NCBI RefSeq assembly: GCF_964204865.1 | Contig: NC_135256.1 | Coordinates: 21,266,001-21,330,000 of the forward strand | Direction of reading: 5' to 3' | DNA: 64,000 bases | Source: Styela clava | Lineage: Eukaryota | Shown: positions 1 to 10,698 of the stretch, one piece after another | How positions within the stretch are numbered: position 1 is the first letter of the stretch | How the letters are laid out: each line of letters begins with the position of its first letter | Made by a program: the position numbers and the translations under genes | The notes under the pieces: model-generated | Told to the model about the DNA's origin: nothing | The model's database searches: none | The model's input: the letters and a program-made list of their open reading frames with translations, nothing else

Positions 1-497
1 CCTTGTTTTAGCGGTCTAAGTTTCAAATATATTCAGCTATAATTATAATAGCAGCAGTTCTCTGGAAAATTCTGTCCAGACAGTTCCTGTGGCTTTGTAT
101 AATGTTATTGATTTATTATAAAAGAAGCAGCTCATAATGAATATTGATTGAATAGAAAATAACTCAGCTGTTGCTGAATATCCAATTGTTTCATGTGTTT
201 GTGCATTGTTAGTTATCTTGCGCCTACTTTGAATACCATTATTTTTTAGCTTATATCTACTAGAAATTGTATGTACAACTACAAATTTGATCATTCTAGC
301 AACTGATTCTGTTTTTGAAAATTTGTTTCAAACCAACATAAATAAATAAATCCTTGATTGGATTTTATGTTTTGTGTTTTATCAGGAATATATTTGATGT
401 GCCAATTTCAAGTATAAGTTATTATCCAACTCTGAGAAGTAGAAAATAGTCATTAACTACAACATAGTTTGTAAATCATTATCTATATTTGTTTTAG

Positions 498-697
498 GTC
501 CCGAAGAGAAACCAACTCCTTCCTCTGATCCACCAGATGTTCAGGCTGGAAGTGCAAGAACTAACGAGCTCAAGTTATTATATGGAAGTAACGCACTACA
601 AATTCAATCTCTTGAGACGCAATTACAAGCTAAATTTGATGAAAACCGAACCAGACTTCAGCCTAAATTGTGGCCTGTGATTCCCCTCAATTTGTGA
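498..697 (+). CDS. GEMIN8: Gem-associated protein 8, terminal coding exon (rest of gene upstream of window)
   Basis: Acceptor ttttag at 492-497. Exon translates ...PEEKPTPSSDPPDVQAGSARTNELKLLYGSNALQIQSLETQLQAKFDENRTRLQPKLWPVIPLNL*, matching the characteristic Gemin8 C-terminus (LYG..A.I...E..Q..FD....QPK.WPVIPL). Missing from the ORF track because the exon has no start codon. Confidence 0.85.
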
Positions 698-1573
698 TGG
701 TTTAGTAAATGGCTAGTTATGTTTTAGCCACATTGCAAATGAATGGAAAGAGATTTGTGTTGAGCTACAGCTGCACAAAAGTTGAGCTGTTTTGGGAAAA
801 GGATGGTGTCAAATATGAAATGGATATTATGCAGAATTCTTTACCAAATGATGGAATGTATACAAACAACATGATATAGCCGCTCACAATTTTATATCGT
901 TAGGGGATGAGGAACTCATTGATTATGATAATTCTGTAGCATTAGACTTATTTCTCGTTGTACTGAGCAATTAGACGTTTGCAAATCAGGAAGCAAAAGT
1001 ATATTCTTATAAATTAGGATAATAATATTATTCCTTTTATAGAATTGCAAACGTGCACTGTGCAGCATTTCATCACGAAACTAAATGTTCATGTTATATC
1101 TGGTGCTGTAATATGATTCCGCATTGTTTATTGATTCTTTCTGAAAATTGTTGGGACAGGAAATAGACTACATTAGTGTATGTGTTCGCTAATATTATGT
1201 GTCAATTGACTCTAGATTTAATATGCTCGGAGATGTAGGCCTAATGTATTGGCAAGTCATTCACGAGCCATGCTTCAGTAATTCACTCCAACGATACTTC
1301 ATATTCGGTTGATAAACAAATCTGTCCCTGTTTATAAAATAGATTAACAATATTGCTTTCAGTTTATGTGCAATCTAAAGGGTCACTTTGAATTTCACAT
1401 TTTTTCAAAAATAGGTGCTATTATATTCCTTTGAAATTTGAAGCTTTTGATACCAATAACAATTCCTATATGTAATCTTTTATTTTTTCAGTATCCTGGA
1501 AACACGTGTATGAGTAGTTTTTAATTTATAGTTTCTTGTTACGCAAAGCAGTTTAGTTTTATTATACAGATCA

Positions 1574-2209
1574 ATGAAGATTCCAACACCCTTATATAGT
1601 CATGTTTATAAATATGATGATGTTTATGAACCTGCAGAAGATACTTTTTTGTTTTTGGATGCCCTGGAAGATCAAGCTGACAAGATACAATCCATTGCTC
1701 CCAAAATAGTGCTTGAAATTGGTTCAGGTTCAGGTATAGTGAGTACCTTCATTGCGAAAATTATTGGAAGCTTGGCTTCTTATTTTTGTACCGATAAAAA
1801 TCCATCTGCAAACGTATGTACGAGAGAAACGGGAAAGATCAATTCTGTAGAACTGTTGACCGTTACCACAAATTTTGTTGAAGGACTTCTACCAAGATTG
1901 AAAAATAATGTTGATGTTCTTTTATTTAATCCTCCGTATGTTGTTACACCAAGTAAAGAGATTGCAGATGGTGGAATTACGTTTGCATGGGCTGGTGGAA
2001 CAAATGGCAGAGAGGTTATGGACCAATTTTTTCCACTTATTCCTGAACTTCTTTCACCCAAGGGTTTATTCTTTCTTGTTGTTATTGAAGAAAACAATCC
2101 ACAGGATATTATCAAAACTTTGGATGGTTTGGGACTCAAAGGAGAAATTATTAAAACCAGAAAAGCTGGCTTAGAAGTTTTATCAATACTTAAATTCAGC
2201 AGAAGCTGA
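1574..2209 (+). CDS. N6AMT1: HemK2/N6AMT1 methyltransferase (eRF1 Gln / H4K12 methyltransferase), CDS without introns, 211 aa
   Basis: VYEPAEDTFLFLDALE, SAM-binding LEIGSGSG, catalytic FNPPYV, AWAGG..GREV and LLSPKG.F motifs; full length for the family. Confidence 0.96.
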   Translation: MKIPTPLYSHVYKYDDVYEPAEDTFLFLDALEDQADKIQSIAPKIVLEIGSGSGIVSTFIAKIIGSLASYFCTDKNPSANVCTRETGKINSVELLTVTTNFVEGLLPRLKNNVDVLLFNPPYVVTPSKEIADGGITFAWAGGTNGREVMDQFFPLIPELLSPKGLFFLVVIEENNPQDIIKTLDGLGLKGEIIKTRKAGLEVLSILKFSRS

Positions 2210-2820
2210 CATACAAAAATGTTTCCAAGTGCTGTGCTCTGTTTAAATTTTGTACAAGTAACTTCTCTATTACAATCCAATTTGCCTTCTGCTTGTAAAG
2301 AAATATATACACTATTTAAAAAAAAATTTTATCTTGTTGAGGAAATAAGAAATATATTTAGGTAATTTTCAATCTGGAAGTTGATATTTTATAACACAAT
2401 TGACACCTGTTTCATAGGTCATTCCTGATGGTTTTTAATTAAATTTTCAACAATTTCCCTTGGATAATTGTTTTTGATCCTTCCATTTAGTTCATATGTA
2501 CTGTAACAACTTCACACAGAAGTGTCCACAAATATCAAGCACAACTTTACTGTGGTGAAATCTTTTTTTTTTTGTCGAAATTGTTAAATTTTGGTCCCCA
2601 CATGGGTTGTATTTGATGTGCTAAAATTCCATTAATATTTGCTGTAATTTATCATTTTTTTTCTTATCAATTTGTCTTATTTACTGTTTGAAACTCATTA
2701 AAACCATTTTTGATTTTCAAATACATTGCTGTCATTTTTCTAAGTTTTTCAACAAATTCTACAGATATCTAATTAAGCTGTGTAATTTTACCCTGATATC
2801 CTCTTGCAAGCAAACTACGG

Positions 2821-4886
2821 ATGACTACCTCAAGACTGGTTCCAACAATAAGGTAATAATATACGATAAGTCGATAACTGCCCATTTTGTATTAAATATG
2901 ATATAATTATATTATATGCCTGAATCATATATTAATACTTTTTTTGGAGTTTTTTTTTAATTTTAGCTCGTATCTATCAATCTTCATACCACTGTTCAAA
3001 TTTTATATTGGTCTGCAATGCGATGAGGTTGTAATATTTTTTACAATCTCTGAATGTCTCAAACTGTTGGTGATTAGATGGACACCACAGGTAGTTAGAG
3101 CATATGCACCATAAAACAGATTTAGCCAGTCTATTCAGTTATTTGTCTTTTGTGCCTGTCTTCGTTTGAAAGGTGTTATTATTTGTATAATGTTTTTTTA
3201 ATCAGGTTAGGATTGAAGGTTGGCCTGATTGGAGGAGCAGTTTATTTGTCAACAGCATCTGGAATATGGTCGAAAGATACAACACAGAATGTAGCTGCTT
3301 TGAAAGGGTTCACAGAATCTGTTGATCAGAAGCTTGGTGGACAATATTTAGCTAAAGTAAGTACCGTAATATTTTTTTCAATTCTTAAAAGCCTTTGATG
3401 AAATACTGGAAATTAATAAAAATACATTATGTCTGTTATAAATAATAAAAAGTTCATGAAATTGTTGGGGGAATAAAATTTACCAAATATGAAGTGTTAT
3501 ATTATTCAAATCGCCCACTAACACCACTGTATTCCTGTAACGTTGCGTCTAACCAATATAACACTTCTTCAGACAAACAAAATTCAACAATGACATGAAA
3601 ATGCATGCATATAAAAACAATTACTATCAAATCGTTGTGAAGGAAACTAAGTCACTGGTTTCTTTGTTTGCTTTCGGGAACTAAGACAAAAGTTGTTACA
3701 TCACTGTTCATATCATCATGTTTATATTGACTAACTGAAGTTCAAGTTAAAACATGATATTTGTTATCAAGTAAATGATTAGTTCAAGACTGATCAGAAC
3801 ACTTGAAATAATTTGCAGTCCCTTTATTTAAGAGTATTGCAAAAGAATAATACATTTTTATCAAAAATTGCTAGCCTTTAGACGAGACAGAATTTGAATA
3901 TTTATCTTGAAAAAGAGGAAAGCCAATAAGACAGCTTGATCATGTGGCAAACCATGGCTTCCCGTTCGGTCACCAGTCCGTATCAGGTATGAGATTATTT
4001 GGCCAGTTATTTGTTTCAGATGCATGAACTCTGTGGTGGAGTGACCAGCGGATACGTGAGCCACCCTACGGCGGCCAGGAGTTCATCAATCCTCTGGCAC
4101 ATGATTATCCATCATGAGATTCGAACCCATGCTGGGTAGTCAGAGGTGCGGTGGCGAGCATGGCCATTGAGCCAGCAATTGGGTCCAATATGATGGTGGT
4201 ATACTGTATTAATCAGGGCTGTGGAACACTTTGTACCCAACTCCACAGTTGAGCCGTTCAAATAGGACTCGACCTGGATGCTTATTGGGTTTCGATCGAA
4301 AATTTTGACTTAGATTATCACTTTTGGAAGCGGGCTCGGAGGTGTGGCACGTCGTGCTAAGCTTCAGGAATATGATCGCCACCTCAACTCTGCTTGGTTT
4401 CTCATTTCATGTAACTGCTGGTCAGTTACGGCTACCTCCACCATCAAGTCTATGCATCTGAAACAAATAACTGGGCAACAATCCCATACCTGACATGAAC
4501 TGGTAACTGGGCGAGTGGCCGTGGTTGGCCATGTGATTAATCCGTCTTATCCGATTTCATCTCCTCCGGAATGAATAATTATGTAAATCTCCTTCTAAAC
4601 AATCCTAAAGTCTCTAATTCCAACTGCCTGAAATTCAAAATTCGACTCCTAGTCTCGCTCCCTATTCCATTGCGCCGCGATGTTGCCATATGACTCTCTC
4701 ATTATGAATGACAATATTTATTTATATATGATTTAATTTAAGATTGGCCTGCCGACAACAGATTCATTCTTGAGATCGTGGAATAATGGCGTGTCTTATA
4801 GTATTAATGCTGCCGCTCAATTGCCAGGCACTGTGACAAAACAAGCATCGAATCTTCGGAAATACTTCATGAACGATGAAAAATAA
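2821..4886 (+). CDS. MICOS13: MICOS complex subunit MIC13/QIL1, 3 exons (2821-2852, 3206-3356, 4743-4886), ~108 aa
   Basis: GT-AG junctions in compatible phases (2, 0) give MTTSRLVPTIRLGLKVGLIGGAVYLSTASGIWS...LAK/IGLPTTDSFLRSWNNGVSYSI...MNDEK*. The N-terminal GxxxG (GGAVY) segment and the SWN.GV motif are typical of QIL1. AATAAA at 5067. Confidence 0.85.
3905..4175 (-). mobile_element. Diverged copy of the same SINE in MICOS13 intron 2
   Basis: Reverse complement aligns by eye with 8956-9302 (gaggtgcggtggcgagc, attcgaacc, ccagttatttgtttcagatgcat). Confidence 0.75.
4337..4595 (+). mobile_element. Diverged, internally deleted copy of the same SINE in MICOS13 intron 2
   Basis: ggtgtggc...gctaagc...aggaata...gccacc; ggtcagttacggctacctccaccatcaagtc; ccgtcttatc; tatgtaaatc all match the 8956 copy. 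Confidence 0.75.
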
Positions 4887-5712
4887 CTTCCAACTATTTT
4901 TTGTCTTTTTTATTCAATTCCACTTTCATGAACTTTCTCATATTAAAGAGTTTATGCACTTCGTACTTCCGTTTTCAAAAACGAGCATTCAGAGTAAGCA
5001 AATGCGGAAGGGAAATAAGTATAGCAGATAGTTAACAGATTTCCGCAGTTTGATATTTTTCAATCCAATAAAAACAATACGTTGCAATAGTGCAAGTTGA
5101 CCGTAATTTCTTGTTATATGTTATGAAAGCCCCAAATCACAGTTTTTGTTTTGTACTGGCATACAATTTGAATTGTTCCATCAATCTATCCCGGGTGGAC
5201 ACAGAGGTGAATAGCTTTTTGAACTGGTAACAGGACAGATGTTACTGTTTCCGATAGTCTCCTTTCTTGCACCGAAATGCAGTTAGGTTAGGTATGCATA
5301 TATAATTCTAACAGTAATCAGAATAATGGTTGAATGAACAAAATCTCGACTATTCATCTGGCTGACAGATGTTGATTGTTTCGAAAATGTGAGACTGTTG
5401 ATCTTGTTAGAGTGGCTACGGACTATTCGCAGAATGGTCAGTGTTGTGAAATATATCAGACATCTACTACTAAATGTGAGTTCTTTCCTTTGATAAGTTT
5501 CGAACTTATATTTTAGGGTTTGAGCTGATTACAATCCCCGTAGAGTCGCTTCTGATTCTGGTCATTGAAAAGAAACCTCATTCATAATGATAGGTTCTCT
5601 TGATACATTTACAGGTCTAGGAAATTATAAGATCTATATTTTGCATAGTGAATGTTATCGCATACCGGTCAGCGCCCTGGCAGGTACTTGCGGGATACAC
5701 GTCGCGAGTAAT

Positions 5713-8700
5713 TTACCATTCCAAAGTTATATTAAGGAGTTTAAGTCTTTTGTTAAAAGGTAAATAAAAGTCTTCTAAAGCATTTCGAATTTTAGGAGTC
5801 ATCTGCGCATCAGAAGTCTTCACTTTATCAGTAAGTGAACGCGTCCTACCTTTGCCTCGGCCAAGGCAACGACCAATGCAATAGAAGCCTTTCTTTGTAT
5901 CGAATTTGAATGATTCTTTCGTCAGTAATCTTTCGATTCCCAGAAAAGTTTGAATATGTTTCATGACCGTCCAAGGCTCTTTTATCAAGTCCTCCCCATT
6001 TACAACTAAAATTTGGTCAGAAGAAAAGTATCTCAACCATCTTTGCATGTGGAATGCGTATATCCCGTTGGTTATAAATGATACTTCGTAATTATCTTGA
6101 ATAAACTTTTCGAAAGTTGGGTTTTTTTGAGGGCCTGTGATATCTCCGATTTCTCTCAACTTTGACGAGACTTTATGAAGAAGATTTTCTGCAAGATGAG
6201 ACACCGATTCGTACTTTCCAATCTGAAAACACGAAAATCTGATTACAACGCATTTACTGAATGATACCGTTTAAAAAAGTAAATGATAGGGCCAGTGTCA
6301 TGAAAAATTGAATACAAAATTAGCGTTTATCCACCTTGACATTCACTATAGTCGTGATTTGGCCAATATTAAATATCCAACTAAATTCATATGGTCATTT
6401 CATGATAAAAATTTCGAAAGCAAAATTAATACGCACATATAAATATATATATAAGTCTGTTGCGTGATAATAAGAGTCCACTCTGAAATCTCAGGATCTC
6501 GTTTTGAGGCCCTATGATTTAAATCAGGGGTTCTCACACTTTTTTCTGTCAAGTACCCCCCGAGCCATGAAACCATCAACGCGAACACCCGATAATCAGA
6601 CACCAAACAAAGTTGTTATACTTTGACTAACGATTTGTGAATTCGCGAACCCCAGGTTGAGAACCCTTGATTTAAATAATGAAATTGAATTACCATCACA
6701 TACCGCCCGTTATTGGACATGAAATGGATCGCTTTGTTATCATGTTGTTATTAGAATTTTTCTTTTTATCGAACACGAGAAAATCGCTTTTCTCTATAAA
6801 TCCTGGTCGAATTACTTTTTAGTGGGTAAAGATTTACTTTTCGCTAGAAGGCTATTAGGCTACTTTAATTTATTCCTGAATTTTCTGCGAGATCTGATAT
6901 TTCATCTAAAATGCGCTGTATAATTTTAAATTATGGGAACACGTTTCTTGATGACATCGTGACGGCTGGTACCGCCAGTCTATTGTGACAGATTGCATAC
7001 ACATACCACGGCGTTTTGGACGTCCTGTCCATATAGGGGAAGGTGGGGTACGTTGGGACATGGGGCACAGTGGAAAATCAGCTATCACACTGATACTATA
7101 TCCGCAATCCTGTCCGCGGCTCGATGTTCCAATCCGCCCTTCGGTGAGTTACAACGTCCCCGCGAACGGACAACGGGCGGGTAGAGCGGCGCAAGCTATG
7201 GGGTGAAATTGGTTTTGGGAGGTTGAAAAAGAAATTTCACCGTTCCAGTTTTTTCTTTTTTTAGTTTAGCCTTTCCAACGAGACAAACCATCGTCTGATA
7301 TTCTTTAGCGCCAGTCCACTGTAAAATATTCTTAACGTTAGCGATTGGCTGTGCCTTCCGAATTTTGCCCTGGGATGGTCTGAAAGTATTTGTTTCCTAT
7401 GGGGAACAATGGACCGGGGTTCAGTGGGACATGCTCTACAGGGCACAATTCGACAGTGTTCGATACAATAAGTGCTTAGAGACTTAGAGATGCGTTATAT
7501 TTTGTGTAATATAATGGTTTCTTTCGACCCATGGCCCAATATGGAATATATTCGAGAATCAATAATATTTCCAGATTTAGATTCGAGGAAGGAAATAATC
7601 AAATTTTTTTGCAAAATGTTTTGTCAAAATATCTGAACTATTTCAGTTGAACATTGATTTTAAAAATATTAAATCTTCAAATTCGAAGTCTCCCCGTACT
7701 TTAGACGATTATGCTGATTAATTACTTATTTTTAAGGGCATACTCCGTTGAATTTTGACAGACTGACCCATTGTGCCCCAGGGTCTGTCCGATTGTGCCC
7801 CACAAGTGGGGTACAGTGGGACACTTGACAGACGTTTTTCAAAGCATTTTGGTAGTAAGATGTGTGTCGCAAGGGAATTTCTTTGTTGCTGAATAAAAAC
7901 TACATTTACCCCTCTATGCATTAGTCCCGCAAACTTGAGAGAATATGCAGAATTACCGGCTCAAAATATGCAAAAGAAAAAAAGTGTCCCAACCTTCCCC
8001 ACTTTTCCCTATTAGAGCATCGCTCTCTTGTATTAAATACTCTTGTAGAGATGGATAGATATCGCATTGGTATTTCAGTGATTTATGGTCTCAAATTTGA
8101 AACACTTTTTAGTCTTATATGAGCGTGTTAGGACTAGGTCATTTTCACCTGAAGCCGATAAGCTATTGCTCTTTTCGTTTTTACATTTGAATGCAAAGCT
8201 TGGTTAGTGTAGCCTACCCATGCATTAGTTTACTGGATAGTTTAGTTCCGAAATATCTGAAAATTTCATTTAATTTACCACTAAAAATTAATAACGAAAT
8301 AAGTGTCCCATGATTCAAATGAACTTAAAAACCACTGGTCCAGAACACAACGCCTGCGTTGTTCATGGGGCGAAACTACCAATCTATATCAAATAATTCT
8401 TTACGACTAACCTACATACGACAATTTTGATAAATGTTATTTTCTTGTTTTGAGCAGACCACAAACTTGCTCGCTTTGCACATTCAACAATCAGATAGAT
8501 ATCGTCTATTCTAACATTTTGTCCAATTAAGTTCATTAAACAATATCAAAATTGGAAAATATTTTGAATATATATGCTAGTACCATCATCTATACCCGTC
8601 GTCAGCGAAGACTTGACAATTCGATTCAACAGTTATTCTTACCTGCGATTCAAGATAGTATTTTTGGCTTGCGACTTGACTCGCTGCTTTCGTATGTACG

Positions 8701-10698
8701 TATTCCGAATAAAGTCTGTCAATTGGATTGCATAATATAACTATAAATTTCAGAGTCTTATAATTTTCTTCGTATAACTTCCGGATTCTACCAGGAACCC
8801 ATTCTGTGACGTAATATTTTGGTGTTATTTCCATAGTTGTTTCGTTTTCGTTGGTAATGGGCATCATCGATCTGTAGGGTTAAAGTATTACTGAATATCA
8901 TCTATTTTGCATGTTTCGCAATCACAGGTAATATGAGAGGGAAACAGTACATTTTGGCGCGGCGGTGTGGCTCAACGGGCTAAGCGTTAGGAATACGCTC
9001 GCCACCGCACCTCTAATTACTCTGCGTGGGTTCGCAGGTTCGAATCCCATGTAGGGATGGTTATGTGCGAGAGGATTGCTGGACTCCTCGCCGTCGTTGG
9101 GTGGTTCACGTAACCGCTGGTCGGTTACGGCTTCCTCCACCACCAAGTCCATGCTTCCGAAAACAAATAATACAGTAAAACTAATCCCATACCCGACTTG
9201 GAATGGTAACCGGACGAGAGGCCGTGGTTCGCCATATGGATAAGCCGTCTTATCGGCATTCCTCTCCCCCGGGGTAAATATGTAAATCCTATCCTATCCT
9301 ATTACGTCTTTGACGCCGTATATGCACACAATCGATAATCTTTGACCATACCTGTAGAACTCTCGGCCTTTATTGAAAGCGGAATTATTGTCGAAAAAAT
9401 GTGGTTCGATCATCTTTGGTAATTTTATGCTTGGATGATGTCGAAGAAATGATCTGAGAGCTCCAGTTCCGCACTTTTTTACTCCAATTCCAATTACCTA
9501 GAGTAGAGGAACTTTTCATATATATATATTGTGCAAGTTTACATCATATCCAATGTATCGGCTATATTACTAATACAGTAATGTCTAAATTTTAATTATT
9601 TATATTGTTTCTGCTGGAAAACCGGATATTTACGGGTACTTAACACCATATTATTTATGCAAAATATGTAAGATTGTTTTGGCTAATGTAAACTGTGTTT
9701 TATCTCCGTACACACCTGACCTCAATCATCGGCCGATTTGACATGCAGTGGATTGGCAGGGCCACTGATATATTTTCCACATTCTGATAATATATGTATT
9801 GTTTTTGCAGTTAACCTGAGCATATTTGCTCAGGAGGCGTATGGTTTTTATTTTTTTTATCAAAGACTGCAAGTCATAGAATGATCTAACCTGAGGTAAA
9901 CGTTTTTGAAGTTGCTTTTGTTGCAGTTGTTTCTGAAATAAATTTACAAAAATTAATATTTTAGAAAATTTGGTGAAAGAATTATGACCTTTTTCGTTAT
10001 ATATGTTACCATGAGTTCGCCTTTATTTTAGTCCCAGGTGGCCTAATAATACTATAGCTGCGATAGCATGCTCCATGAATAATTCATGCTCTGTTGTGTC
10101 TAAAGCGGGAGTTATTACCGCATGGTTCTAACTTATTTTACCGTTCGTCTTTACCTCATTTATATATATGAGTATGGCGAAATGAAATGCAATCCCTTGT
10201 GATTAACCGCAATTAAATGACTCTCTAACAAACCACACGATTTTCTCATATTGATCAAATGAGACCGACAGGCCTGTTCTATACTACCAACAAATAGGAT
10301 CGCATTCTATGTAATCTCATTGTGCAGTTATTGCCTCTAATTAAGACAAATTGTTAACCACAGCCTCTGGAACGCACGAATTCTCAGTTCACTTTTGCTC
10401 GTATTTATTATTCTTTAGATATCAGCACTAAGACATGCAGCTGAGGCAACCACTGAAGCTCAAGAAAATTAGCTTGATGCTTTCAGAGGTTGTCAGATAT
10501 CTTTTTTGAAATCATCTTAGTTTCGAATGACTGCTCTAAAGTTAAACAAAAGTTAATTTTTACCTCAAGATTCTTTTGAATATTGCCCCTCACTTTAACA
10601 TCTTTTTTCCATTCATCAGTTTTGAATACATTTGTGATATACATAAACAAAATTAGAAGGCACGTTGAAGTTATCAAAGCTGCTTTAGTTAACCTCAT
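5713..10698 (-). CDS. Heparan sulfate 3-O-sulfotransferase-like protein A (type II Golgi sulfotransferase), 5 exons: 10698-10564, 9932-9891, 9497-9352, 8871-8643, 6222-5713; ~353 aa
   Basis: N-terminal signal anchor; KRLPQVIGIGVKKCGTGAL (5'-PSB); IEPHFFD; EITPKYY; LCNPIDRLYSEY (3'-PB); WLRYF..QILVVNGEDLI..P; KGFYC..CL..GKGR; FY.PFN..L. All junctions are GT-AG and in phase. The exon-1 donor could alternatively be the in-frame AAA|gtgagg site. Confidence 0.9.
6525..6669. mobile_element. hAT-family MITE (145 bp)
   Basis: Ends caggggttctca...tgagaacccttg, flanked by a perfect 8-bp TSD atttaaat (6517-6524, 6670-6677). Confidence 0.85.
7036..8009. mobile_element. Non-autonomous Tc1/mariner (pogo-like) DNA transposon, ~975 bp
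   Basis: Imperfect ~25-bp TIRs (ggggaaggtggggtacgttgggaca / tgtcccaaccttccccacttttccc) flanked by TA on both sides; internal gtgggaca/tggggcaca subterminal repeats; no transposase ORF. Confidence 0.8.
8956..9302 (+). mobile_element. tRNA-derived SINE, apparently full length, in intron 3 of sulfotransferase A
   Basis: Pol III A box (TGGCTCAACGG), B box (GGTTCGAATCC), internal hairpin gtaaccg-ctggt-cggttac and 3' (CCTAT)n tail. Homologous copies occur elsewhere in the window. Confidence 0.85.

Noticed and set aside
880-891. ccgctcacaatt, a lac-operator-like 12-mer suggesting vector contamination
   Set aside because: No flanking vector sequence; most likely a chance match in a 3' UTR/spacer.
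904-967. Box C/D snoRNA-like gatga...ctga between GEMIN8 and N6AMT1
   Set aside because: Imperfect box C, no terminal stem, no recognisable rRNA complementarity, and not clearly intronic.
1780-2280. 166-aa antisense ORF over N6AMT1, and the 88-aa alternative-frame ORF 1908-2174
   Set aside because: Shadow ORFs of a real CDS, with non-ATG starts and no recognisable motifs.
8956-9050. tRNA gene
   Set aside because: Has A and B boxes but no proper acceptor stem, and continues into a repeated body and (CCTAT)n tail; it is a SINE head.
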